From IMG/VR virus record IMGVR_UViG_2700989228_000034, positions 1 through 64,000 of that record: a stretch of 64,000 bases of DNA; one strand, given 5' to 3'. The stretch's first letter is position 1, and every line of letters begins with the position of its first letter. The stretch comes from a virus. Below are positions 8,748-17,055 of the stretch, piece after piece. Position numbers and translations under genes: made by a program. The notes beneath the pieces were generated by a model. That model was not told the DNA's origin and searched no databases. It saw only the letters and a list, made by a program, of their open reading frames with translations.

Positions 8748-8858
8748 AGCTACTTACAATACTATTATTTCATAGGTTCGAGTCCTATATTACCCTTCTT
8801 ATGGATAATTAGCATAGTGGTTAATGCAATACACTGTTAATGTATCAATTAAGTAGCT
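8748..8858 (+). ncRNA. circularly permuted tRNA-like RNA (Asn-GTT-like) enclosed by a 9-bp terminal stem
   Basis: Order 5'-3': stem strand AGCTACTTA; T-arm ATAGG-TTCGAGT-CCTAT; acceptor strands joined as hairpin ATTACCC-ttcttat-GGATAAT (6 of 7 bp); D-arm GCAT-AGTGGTTA-ATGC; hairpin ATACA-CTGTTAA-TGTAT; stem strand TAAGTAGCT. Confidence 0.45.
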
Positions 8859-8907
8859 ATTTTTAGAAAACATTTTTCATTTCATATTAATTTTAATAAA
8901 CAAAATT

Positions 8908-9252
8908 ATGGCAACAAACAAAAAAAATCAGATGTCTATCATCAATGAAGAGAGCATCAAGAAAACACTTGAAGCATTTAAGTCAGCTTACAAAAAGAAC
9001 AAGGAAAAGTATGTAGAAGAGAATGTTAAGGTTGAGGATGTAGTAAGCCTCACTGAAGGATTTTCTGGAAAGAATACTCTTCTTGCAACAACTGTTATCA
9101 TCTCTGTGATGCTCGCTATGCCTCCAAAAGAGTTTATGGCATTCATGGACACTGCAAAGTCAATATCTAGGGTAAAGTTACTTGAAGCTATGCAGGAAAT
9201 TCTTGAGGAGAAGGGAGTGAAGAAAGGTGCAGACAATGACATTGACAACTAA
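8908..9252 (+). CDS. hypothetical protein
   Basis: 114-aa ORF. Confidence 0.35.
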   Translation: MATNKKNQMSIINEESIKKTLEAFKSAYKKNKEKYVEENVKVEDVVSLTEGFSGKNTLLATTVIISVMLAMPPKEFMAFMDTAKSISRVKLLEAMQEILEEKGVKKGADNDIDN

Positions 9253-9255
9253 TTT

Positions 9256-9657
9256 ATGGTAGAACCAAAATTGAGTCTTATCCTAGTACTTCCAGGAAGT
9301 ACTATGGTAAGCCAGCAGGAGGCTGAAAACAAACCAAAAGAACTTACAGAGACAAATTTCTTAACTATTAAGAGCTTTGATAAAAAGTCTAAGAAGTTTA
9401 AGAAAGAAACTATTGTATTTAGAACTAGAAAGAATACTACAGTAAGACAGATATTAAAGATGTCTCAAGAAGCTTATGAAGCTATGCTTGAGGACTCAAC
9501 AAGTCCTAAGTACAACAAGGTTATTGCTAAGGTTAAAGGCAAACTTATCAGAGTGTGGGACACTATGTCAGAAGATGCTAGAATCAAGAAGCATTGTGAA
9601 CTTATTGCTCATGATATGGGTGCTATAGACTTCAGCTATAATATCCTTGGTGACTAG
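9256..9657 (+). CDS. hypothetical protein
   Basis: 133-aa ORF. Confidence 0.35.
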   Translation: MVEPKLSLILVLPGSTMVSQQEAENKPKELTETNFLTIKSFDKKSKKFKKETIVFRTRKNTTVRQILKMSQEAYEAMLEDSTSPKYNKVIAKVKGKLIRVWDTMSEDARIKKHCELIAHDMGAIDFSYNILGD

Positions 9658-9672
9658 ACCAATAGAGCTTTG

Positions 9673-9705
9673 TAGGATATAAACCCTACTTAGTTCTTCT
9701 TTTTG
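9673..9705 (+). terminator. weak rho-independent terminator candidate
   Basis: GTAGG-atataaa-CCTAC hairpin followed by a T-rich tract. Confidence 0.25.
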
Positions 9706-9722
9706 TATACAGTAGTGTAATC

Positions 9723-9911
9723 ATGAAGATATGTATTATAGTAATACTCATAATATACGTGATGGTCCTTATTAGTAAGTGTGAACCATCAATAGATGTA
9801 ATAGTACAAGGTAAAAAGTATAGGATATTATTATGGTATAATAGCTATAAGTTAGACTATTCTAATAAACCTACAGTAGTAAGAAACTACATACAACTAT
9901 TTGTAATATGA
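9723..9911 (+). CDS. small membrane protein
   Basis: 62 aa with an N-terminal TM helix. Confidence 0.3.
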   Translation: MKICIIVILIIYVMVLISKCEPSIDVIVQGKKYRILLWYNSYKLDYSNKPTVVRNYIQLFVI

Positions 9912-10114
9912 GTAAAGGGAAAAAATACAAAATACCTCATAAATACCTCAGCAAATATCCTGTAAGGAAAAGAGCTAGATATAAAGTAATGGGAGGTAAA
10001 AATGGTGAAAAAGCAAAGTTTAAGTACTTTAGACACAAAAACCTCTGGAAGACCTTAGAAGGTCATATATCTATGAGGAAGATGGTGGCTAGGTATATTT
10101 GGTTTTGGGATTAA
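9908..10114 (+). CDS. small highly basic protein
   Basis: 68 aa, Lys/Arg-rich. Confidence 0.3.
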   Translation: MSKGKKYKIPHKYLSKYPVRKRARYKVMGGKNGEKAKFKYFRHKNLWKTLEGHISMRKMVARYIWFWD

Positions 10115-10118
10115 TAAT

Positions 10119-10310
10119 ATGAGAAAATTCATTATCAAGATAGTATGTTCAGTGCTGGGTTTATTCCTAGCACTAAATGCTGTTACTCAATTACTCACCA
10201 TGAGTAACACAGCTGCTAACATTGCAGGAATTGTATTGTTAATGGTGACTATATGGACAGGTGTAGAAGTAATAATTAAATTCACTAAAACAGAAGAAAA
10301 TGAAGAGTAA
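10119..10310 (+). CDS. holin-like small membrane protein
   Basis: 63 aa with two TM helices and a charged C-terminus; upstream of the endolysin. Confidence 0.35.
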   Translation: MRKFIIKIVCSVLGLFLALNAVTQLLTMSNTAANIAGIVLLMVTIWTGVEVIIKFTKTEENEE

Positions 10311-11088
10311 AGTAATTATGATGTGCCTTATGGCAGTATTTACCATGTTGGGTATGTCCTCATGTGGTTATGAGAGAGTAGATGCAGGTTGTGAGGGTAT
10401 TAAGGTAAATCTCTATGGCTCTGAGAAAGGTGTAGATGATGTATCTTTGGTTACTGGTGCAGTATGGTATAATCCATTTACTGAGCAAGTTTATGAATAT
10501 CCTACTTATGTCCAGACAGTAGATTATCCTGCTTTCACAATTAATGCAAAGGATGGCTCAGAGTTCAGTATTGACCCTACTATTTCATTGAAAATTGCTG
10601 ATGGTAAATCACCTCAGGTATTCAAGAAATATAGAAAGGAGTTGAAGGATGTTATCAATGGGACTCTCTTTAACTATGTAAAGGATGCCTTCAGGATTCA
10701 GCTTAATAAGTACACTACTGATGAGATTGTATCAAACAGAGATATGGTAGAAAAGGCTATTGAAGCACATTTGTCTAAGGCATTGCTCAAGGAAAACTTT
10801 CAGCTTGAGCAACTTACTTCAGGTCTTAAATATCCTCAGTCTATTGTAGATGCAGTTAATGCAAAGAATGCTGCGATACAAAAAGCTCAGAAGGCTCAGA
10901 ATGAATTGGCTGTAGTAAAGGCAGAGGCAGAGAAGAAGGTAGTTGCAGCACAGGCTGAAGCAGAGGCTAATAAGCTTAGAACACAGGCTTTGACACCATT
11001 AATTCTTAAACAGCAGTGGATTGAGAAGTGGGATGGTAAGCTTCCTGTATATGGTAGTTTGCCTACATTGTTCAAAGGTATTGAGTAA
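10300..11088 (+). CDS. lipoprotein with C-terminal Ala/Glu-rich coiled-coil (spanin- or SPFH-like)
   Basis: signal peptide with lipobox (GMSSC); AQAEAEANKLRTQ coiled coil. Confidence 0.35.
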   Translation: MKSKVIMMCLMAVFTMLGMSSCGYERVDAGCEGIKVNLYGSEKGVDDVSLVTGAVWYNPFTEQVYEYPTYVQTVDYPAFTINAKDGSEFSIDPTISLKIADGKSPQVFKKYRKELKDVINGTLFNYVKDAFRIQLNKYTTDEIVSNRDMVEKAIEAHLSKALLKENFQLEQLTSGLKYPQSIVDAVNAKNAAIQKAQKAQNELAVVKAEAEKKVVAAQAEAEANKLRTQALTPLILKQQWIEKWDGKLPVYGSLPTLFKGIE

Positions 11089-11090
11089 CT

Positions 11091-11396
11091 ATGACTTGGG
11101 TTATAATTGGTTTAATATCCTTCATAATTCAAATATATGTATTAAAACACACTTATACAACCGAAGTAAAAGGTGGCACCTACTTTGACTGGGGAAAAGC
11201 TGAAAAGATAGGTACTCCATTGTGGGTAGTATTTATCATGCTGATTACCAGTATTATACCAATTATTAATATAGTAGAGGTCATTGTATTTTGGATTATA
11301 TGGTTAAAGTATTACTCAGACCCTGATAGGCGTTATAGTAATACTTGGTACACATATTGGAGATTTAAGGATAAATTCTTTTCAAGAAAGATATGA
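11091..11396 (+). CDS. membrane protein (2 TM)
   Basis: 101 aa, hydrophobic. Confidence 0.3.
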   Translation: MTWVIIGLISFIIQIYVLKHTYTTEVKGGTYFDWGKAEKIGTPLWVVFIMLITSIIPIINIVEVIVFWIIWLKYYSDPDRRYSNTWYTYWRFKDKFFSRKI

Positions 11397-11938
11397 GAAA
11401 TAAATGGTTAAAAGCACTCATTGTAACAGCTACAGTGGTGCCGTGGAGTGTAGTAATTGTATTACTCTTACAAGTCAAGAGTATAGTTTCTCAACAGCCA
11501 AAGGTTGAAACTGTCCCTGTAATAGAGGTAGCTGATACCATTATTAATGAGCAACCAAAGTTCTTCTCTCAGACCCCTAAGGAGGGTCTGGAGGAGGATT
11601 TGTCTTATTATGGTTTAGAGTATAAAGATATAGTATATGCTCAAGCAGTACTTGAAACAGGACATTTTAAGTCTAAAGTATGTTTAAATTATAATAATCT
11701 ATTTGGTCTATATGATTCAAGAAACAAGGATTATTATAAATTTAATCATTGGACTGAAAGCATTGTAGCTTATAAGGAGTGGATACAAAAGAAATATCAA
11801 CCTCCGAATAACTACTATGCTTTTCTTGAAGAGATAAACTATGCAGAAGAAAAGAATTATACAAGATTATTAAAAGAAATTGTAAAGAATAGAAACAATG
11901 ACAAGAGAAGATGTACTGAAAGAGATTCTTTCGCTTGA
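11393..11938 (+). CDS. endolysin, N-acetylglucosaminidase (GH73/FlgJ-like), signal-anchored
   Basis: N-terminal TM helix; YAQAVLETGHFKS and NNLFGLYD resemble the glucosaminidase motifs AQAxLESGWGKS / NNLFGIK. Confidence 0.55.
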   Translation: MRNKWLKALIVTATVVPWSVVIVLLLQVKSIVSQQPKVETVPVIEVADTIINEQPKFFSQTPKEGLEEDLSYYGLEYKDIVYAQAVLETGHFKSKVCLNYNNLFGLYDSRNKDYYKFNHWTESIVAYKEWIQKKYQPPNNYYAFLEEINYAEEKNYTRLLKEIVKNRNNDKRRCTERDSFA

Positions 11939-13073
11939 AGGAAATAATTGGCTACTTGAATTACCAACTGGTTTAGGTAAATCCCGATTAGCTCTAGAAA
12001 AAGTTAAATCATTAGGAGGTAAGACTCTATTGCTTGTAGTAAATAGAAATGTTCATAAGCAGAATTGGGCTGATGAAATTAAGAAGTGGTGGTCAAACTG
12101 TAATATGGAAATTACTATGACTACTTATGTTTCTCTTCCTAAATATGCAGGAAAGTATGATTGTGCTATATTTGATGAGTGTCACCATTTATCAGAAAGA
12201 TGTAGAGAAGCTTTATGTTACTTTGATATTAAGCATAGTGTACTTTTGTCAGCAACAGTAAGTAACAAGCTCAAGGATGAACTAATTGAAGTATTTGATA
12301 ATTTAACATCATATAAGAAAGACTTGAGGGATGTGATAGATGATGATATTCTACCAGACCCAATAGTATATATGTTACCATTAAATCTTAGAGCTGATTT
12401 ACCAACAGAAGTTATTTGGAAGAATCCTAAAGCTAAAGGAAGAGTAATAGAATCTTCTTGGGCTATGAGGTGGAGCTATATGAAACAAAAGACTAATCCA
12501 GTTAAGATTTATTGTACTCAAAAGCAATATATCATTGACTTGGATAACCAAATTGAGTATTGGAAAACAAGGTACTTAAGGTCAAGAAGAAAAATAGCTA
12601 AGAATAAATGGCTTAGATTATGTGGCGAGAGATTAAAGTGGTTAAGTGATAAGAAGACTCCTTATGTACAACAAATCTTGTTACACCTTGGTGAGTATAG
12701 AACATTAATATTCTGTAATAGTATTGAACAAACAGAAATGCTTGGAGAGTATTGTATTAACAGTAAAAATAAGAAGTCTGTGGAGTATCTTGAAGCCTTT
12801 AATAAAGGTAAGATAGACCACATTACTGCTTGTAATATGCTCAATGAGGGTATGAACTTAGTAGATTGTCAAGTTGGTATTTATGCTAACTTGAACAGTT
12901 CTGATACTATTGTGAAGCAAAGGATGGGTAGATTACTTAGACATAAGAATCCTGTTCTTATTGTTCCTTATTTTGTAGGCACAAGAGATGAGGAATTAGT
13001 CAATAAAATGCTTGAGAACTATAATCCTGAGCTTGTTACTGTAATTAATGATTACAAAAAGATTAAGATATGA
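11898..13073 (+). CDS. SF2 DEAH-type helicase
   Basis: motif I LPTGLGKS, motif II DECHH, motif III SAT, motif VI QRMGRLLR. Confidence 0.65.
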   Translation: MTREDVLKEILSLEGNNWLLELPTGLGKSRLALEKVKSLGGKTLLLVVNRNVHKQNWADEIKKWWSNCNMEITMTTYVSLPKYAGKYDCAIFDECHHLSERCREALCYFDIKHSVLLSATVSNKLKDELIEVFDNLTSYKKDLRDVIDDDILPDPIVYMLPLNLRADLPTEVIWKNPKAKGRVIESSWAMRWSYMKQKTNPVKIYCTQKQYIIDLDNQIEYWKTRYLRSRRKIAKNKWLRLCGERLKWLSDKKTPYVQQILLHLGEYRTLIFCNSIEQTEMLGEYCINSKNKKSVEYLEAFNKGKIDHITACNMLNEGMNLVDCQVGIYANLNSSDTIVKQRMGRLLRHKNPVLIVPYFVGTRDEELVNKMLENYNPELVTVINDYKKIKI

Positions 13074-13675
13074 AGATAACTATAGATGAGGATGCTTGTA
13101 AAAAAGTAAAACTCTCTCTTCCAGAGGTCTTATTGATTACTTTAGTGAAAACTGGAGTAGACATAGAAGCTCTATTAAAGCAAATGAAAGAGAAACAGAT
13201 ACTTGTTGAAGAGCATACTCTTTTAGGAACAAATCTTCTAGTAACCCAGAGATGGAGTGACCTTTCTGATAAGGCACTCTTATCTGCTGATAAATCAGTA
13301 CCTGACAATAAAAGACTTGAGAACCTTGCAAAATCTCTAATGGAAGTTTTTCCTGTTGGAAAGAAGGAAGGAACAAGTCAATATTGGAAAGGTAATTTAC
13401 GGGATAATACCCTTAGATTAGCTAAATTCTTTAAACTTTATGGGGATAAATATACTGATGAGCAGCTGATTGAAGCTGCTAAAAATTATGTTAGTTCCCA
13501 TAATGGAAAGTATCAATATATGAGAGTATTGAAATACTTTATTTGGAAAGACACAAGAAAAGTTAATTCTGAGGGAGAGGGTTACATTGAAGAAGTCTCT
13601 GACCTTGCTGCATTTATTGAGAATGCTAAGGATGAGAAGAATTTAAAGGATGATTGGATGTCTACAATGGTATGA
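13070..13675 (+). CDS. hypothetical protein
   Basis: 201-aa ORF, translationally coupled to its neighbours. Confidence 0.35.
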   Translation: MKITIDEDACKKVKLSLPEVLLITLVKTGVDIEALLKQMKEKQILVEEHTLLGTNLLVTQRWSDLSDKALLSADKSVPDNKRLENLAKSLMEVFPVGKKEGTSQYWKGNLRDNTLRLAKFFKLYGDKYTDEQLIEAAKNYVSSHNGKYQYMRVLKYFIWKDTRKVNSEGEGYIEEVSDLAAFIENAKDEKNLKDDWMSTMV

Positions 13676-14916
13676 GTTACTATGATAGTGTCAGGTCCTT
13701 CCTACTGAACAAAAGACAAAGAGCTTTAAGTGGTTTATATAATTGTATTCCATTCCCATTTCCTAGGTTTAAAGTATTTTTACCTGGAACTCAGATGGGA
13801 AAGTATATAATATGTACTGCTAATCAGAAAGTGGGAAAGACTAAGTTCTGTGATTTTGTTTATGTCTATGAAACTCTATTCTTTATAATGGAGCATCCTG
13901 AAGTAAAAGTAAAGATACTTTATTTCTGTCTTGAGGAAAGTCCAAGGAAGAAATATACTGAGTTTCTATGTCATTTACTTTATAGATTAGATAGGATAGA
14001 AATATCCCCAACAGAACTGGAAAGTACAGACAAAGACCATCCTGTACCTCAAGAAATACTTGATAAGCTTGATTCTGAAAGGTATCAAAGATATATCAAG
14101 AAGTTTGAAGAAATGGTAGAATATATTGATAGTGAGAAAAATCCAACTGGGGTTAACAAAAGATGTAGAGATTATGCTTTAAGTCATGGTCATCTTAACT
14201 TTAAAGAAGTAGATGTTAAGGAACTTGATGGTACTATGTCTAAAAGGAAGATTGTAGACCCAGTTAATCCATATACTTCTGATGATTCTGAAGAATATAG
14301 GATAGTAATACTTGATAATACTTCTAACTTGTCTACTGAGAGTGGAATGAAGAAGATGGAGACTGTAGAAAAGATGTCAAAGTACTTCATTACTCTTAGA
14401 GACCAATTCAATTTCACTATTGTATGTATTCAGCATCAAGCTCAAGCTCAAGAAGGTATTGAAAACTTTAAACTCAATAGGATTAAACCATCTTCTGATG
14501 GTCTTGCAGATTGTAAGACTACCACTAGAGATGCTAATATGGTAATAGGACTTTATAGTCCATTCAAGTATGGTCTTACTGAGTATGAGAAGTATGATAT
14601 TACCAAGTTTAGAAATCATATTAGGTTTATGGAAATTATTGAGGATAGAGATTATGGAGCTAATGGCAATATATGTCCTTTATACTTTGATGGTGCAGTT
14701 TCTTTCTTTAAAGAATTGCCTAAACCAGATGATTATGCAGGTATGCAGAGGGTATATGAAGTACTAGAAAGAAAGAAGAAAGCAAAGATGTCTAAGGTGA
14801 CATTGTTAGCTTTTATGTTCACAAGAATAAATAAATTTATACACAATGATTCAATTACCAACAGAAAGAAGTGTAGTAGACAACTACAATCCCAAACTAC
14901 TCATTATAATGGGTAG
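13654..14916 (+). CDS. RecA-fold ATPase, DnaB-like replicative helicase candidate
   Basis: Walker A ANQKVGKT; Walker B IVILDNTSNL; QHQAQ motif. Confidence 0.4.
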   Translation: MDVYNGMSYYDSVRSFLLNKRQRALSGLYNCIPFPFPRFKVFLPGTQMGKYIICTANQKVGKTKFCDFVYVYETLFFIMEHPEVKVKILYFCLEESPRKKYTEFLCHLLYRLDRIEISPTELESTDKDHPVPQEILDKLDSERYQRYIKKFEEMVEYIDSEKNPTGVNKRCRDYALSHGHLNFKEVDVKELDGTMSKRKIVDPVNPYTSDDSEEYRIVILDNTSNLSTESGMKKMETVEKMSKYFITLRDQFNFTIVCIQHQAQAQEGIENFKLNRIKPSSDGLADCKTTTRDANMVIGLYSPFKYGLTEYEKYDITKFRNHIRFMEIIEDRDYGANGNICPLYFDGAVSFFKELPKPDDYAGMQRVYEVLERKKKAKMSKVTLLAFMFTRINKFIHNDSITNRKKCSRQLQSQTTHYNG

Positions 14917-15652
14917 ACCAAAACAGGGAAAAAGCTCATTTATAGCAGCTATTGATGACAATCTTATTATTGACTTAGAGGATGGCTATAGAGCATTGTC
15001 TGTAATGAAAGTACAAGCTAGGTCAATGAAAGACTTGCAGGAAATTAAATCTGCTATTATAGCTAAAGGTAAAGAATTACACAAAGCTCCTTATAGGTTC
15101 ATAACTATTGATAATGCCACTAGACTTGAAGAAATGAGTATTCTCTATGCAGCAGAGCTTTATAGAAAAACTCCTATGGGAGCTGGTTGGGGTTATTTAA
15201 AGGATAATAAAGGCATGCTTTATAAAGACCCTAAGACAGGTCAACCTGTAATAGACCCTAAAGCTGATGTTAGGCTTCTACCTAATGGTAGTGGTTATCT
15301 TTACCTAAGGAAAGCTATCAGACAGATGATAGATATGTTTAAACCACTCTGTGAGACTTTAATCCTAGTTACTCATGTAAAAGATAAACAGATTAGAAAA
15401 GATTCTCAAGAAATGTCTGAAATGTCAGTAGATTTAGCTGGTAAAGCAGCAGACATTATTTGTGGAGAAGCAGATGCAATAGGATTAATCTATAGAGATG
15501 GAAATAAGACCTATATATCATTTGAAGGGGGAGATAATACAATAAGAGAGGCTAGATGCCCACACCTTAGAGGTAAGAAGATTCTAGTAGCAGAATCTAA
15601 TGAGAATAATGAAGTAAAGTTTGATGCTTCAAAGATATTTATTAACAATTAA
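14909..15652 (+). CDS. AAA_24/Sak4-like ATPase
   Basis: Walker A GRPKQGKSS; Walker B LILVTHVKD; likely start ATG 14909 inside ATGGGTAG (the ORF track gives 14846). Confidence 0.4.
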   Translation: MGRPKQGKSSFIAAIDDNLIIDLEDGYRALSVMKVQARSMKDLQEIKSAIIAKGKELHKAPYRFITIDNATRLEEMSILYAAELYRKTPMGAGWGYLKDNKGMLYKDPKTGQPVIDPKADVRLLPNGSGYLYLRKAIRQMIDMFKPLCETLILVTHVKDKQIRKDSQEMSEMSVDLAGKAADIICGEADAIGLIYRDGNKTYISFEGGDNTIREARCPHLRGKKILVAESNENNEVKFDASKIFINN

Positions 15653-15664
15653 TTATTATAAACA

Positions 15665-16054
15665 ATGACAAAGAAAGAGTTTACAAAGTTTGAGCTGGCA
15701 AGAATGAAGAGAACAGCTCAGAATGTTGAGGGTTTCCTCAAGCAGAAGAACAAGTTGGAAGAAAAGAAGGCTAAAATTGAGGAGGAGTTGGCAATTGTCA
15801 ATCAGCAGATTGAACTTACTGATGCTCCTACTGTAGCTATGACTGGTTACCACACAGAGGATATTATCAAGAAGGTAGTGACTCCTACTGACCAAGTAGA
15901 TAAGAATGGTAACATCATTAAGAAAGTTACATTTGAGTTTATCTATCCTGATACTATTGTTCCTCCTACACCTGTAGAAGAACTTGAATCAGAGGAATCA
16001 TCTAATATTGAGGATGATAATATTACAATCAATGAAAATGATTTTGCAATTTAA
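15665..16054 (+). CDS. hypothetical coiled-coil/acidic protein
   Basis: 129-aa ORF. Confidence 0.35.
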   Translation: MTKKEFTKFELARMKRTAQNVEGFLKQKNKLEEKKAKIEEELAIVNQQIELTDAPTVAMTGYHTEDIIKKVVTPTDQVDKNGNIIKKVTFEFIYPDTIVPPTPVEELESEESSNIEDDNITINENDFAI

Positions 16055-16083
16055 TTTATTAACAACTAAAATATTTATAAACA

Positions 16084-17049
16084 ATGGCAATTAGTAGAGG
16101 AAATGTCTCAAAAGAGGCTCAAGAGTTTAAAAGATATATTGGTGTTTGTCCAGTATTTGTTAAGGCAGTAAATCCTAACAAGGCAGAGCATGAGAAGCTC
16201 TTTAACACTACCTTGGAGGAAGCTCCTGTCTATGTACAGGACAAAGAGGATGCCGAGGGCAACTCTTATAAGAATGTAAGAATCAGTGTGGTAATGCAGC
16301 CTGATGTGAAGAAGATTGGCTTTGAGATGCCTCTTGTAACCATGCCTCTCTTTGTTTCTAATCAGAAGCAATTTGGTGCTAAGTCAGGTAAGTATAAGGT
16401 AGTAGATAAGTATGGTAGATTTACTTGGGCTACAGAATCTGAAATTCAGAGTAAAACTACTCCTACTTACACAGACAAGGAAACAGGAGAAACTAAGAAG
16501 TTTGATATTGATATGACTTCTGCTAGAGTTTCTTATGTAGGTGAGGAGGAACTTACTGATTTTATTAAAACATTCTTGTGCATTCCTAGTATCACTAAGT
16601 GGGACAATGATGAAGAGTGCATGGTTCCTAACAATGATGTTAAACCTGAGGAATGTGAGTGTAGGCTTGAAGCAGAATCATTTGAGAAGCTCTTCAAGGG
16701 TGATTTCTCAGAGATTAAGGAGATTCTTGGATTCCAGCCTAACAATAAGGTAAAAGTTTGTCTTGGTGTAAGAACAGATGCAAACTCTGGTAAGCTGTTC
16801 CAGTCTGTATATACTAAGAAGTTTATGAGCAATGCTTCTACAAACTATAACAGTCTTGACAAAATGCTACAGGCAGATGCTTCTTATGCTGCTGAGAATA
16901 ATAAGGTACTTAACACAGAATATTCTGCTGAGACAGTGCACGAGTATTCTGTAACTCCTACTAACTTCTCTGCTGCTCCTGAGGCTGCACCATCAGGTGA
17001 TATGCCATTTGATAGTCCTTCAGAGGATGCAACTAACCCATTTGCATAG
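16084..17049 (+). CDS. putative ssDNA-binding protein
   Basis: 321 aa, acidic C-terminal tail ending DMPFDSPSEDATNPFA, which is SSB-tail-like; sits in the replication module. Confidence 0.3.
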   Translation: MAISRGNVSKEAQEFKRYIGVCPVFVKAVNPNKAEHEKLFNTTLEEAPVYVQDKEDAEGNSYKNVRISVVMQPDVKKIGFEMPLVTMPLFVSNQKQFGAKSGKYKVVDKYGRFTWATESEIQSKTTPTYTDKETGETKKFDIDMTSARVSYVGEEELTDFIKTFLCIPSITKWDNDEECMVPNNDVKPEECECRLEAESFEKLFKGDFSEIKEILGFQPNNKVKVCLGVRTDANSGKLFQSVYTKKFMSNASTNYNSLDKMLQADASYAAENNKVLNTEYSAETVHEYSVTPTNFSAAPEAAPSGDMPFDSPSEDATNPFA

Positions 17050-17055
17050 TAAACT

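Larger units (their letters stand above)
8163..8768 (+). repeat. family of 7 stem elements carrying the motif (N)ACT|TACAA(T/A)ACT
   Basis: ACTTACAA occurs at about 8167, 8268, 8342, 8481, 8564, 8685 and 8752. In each case the ...ACT preceding the motif is one strand of a 6-9 bp stem. Enclosing stems: GATACT/AGTATC, AGACACT/AGTGTCT, AGTCACT/AGTGACT, GGCACT/AGTGCC, AGCTACTTA/TAAGTAGCT. Tight hairpins: AGTATC-TTA-GATACT and AGTATC-TGAT-GATACT. Confidence 0.6.

Noticed and set aside
8163-8768. Possible CRISPR array, given the repeated ACTTACAA-containing elements
   Set aside because: Repeat units are only ~12-15 nt and imperfect. Spacing is irregular (67-139 nt). The intervening sequences are tRNA-like RNAs, not spacers. 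No cas genes are present.
16084-17049. Calling the 321-aa protein a definite SSB
   Set aside because: Only the acidic, Phe-containing C-terminal tail and the gene context support it. No OB-fold motifs could be verified by eye, so it is kept as a low-confidence feature.
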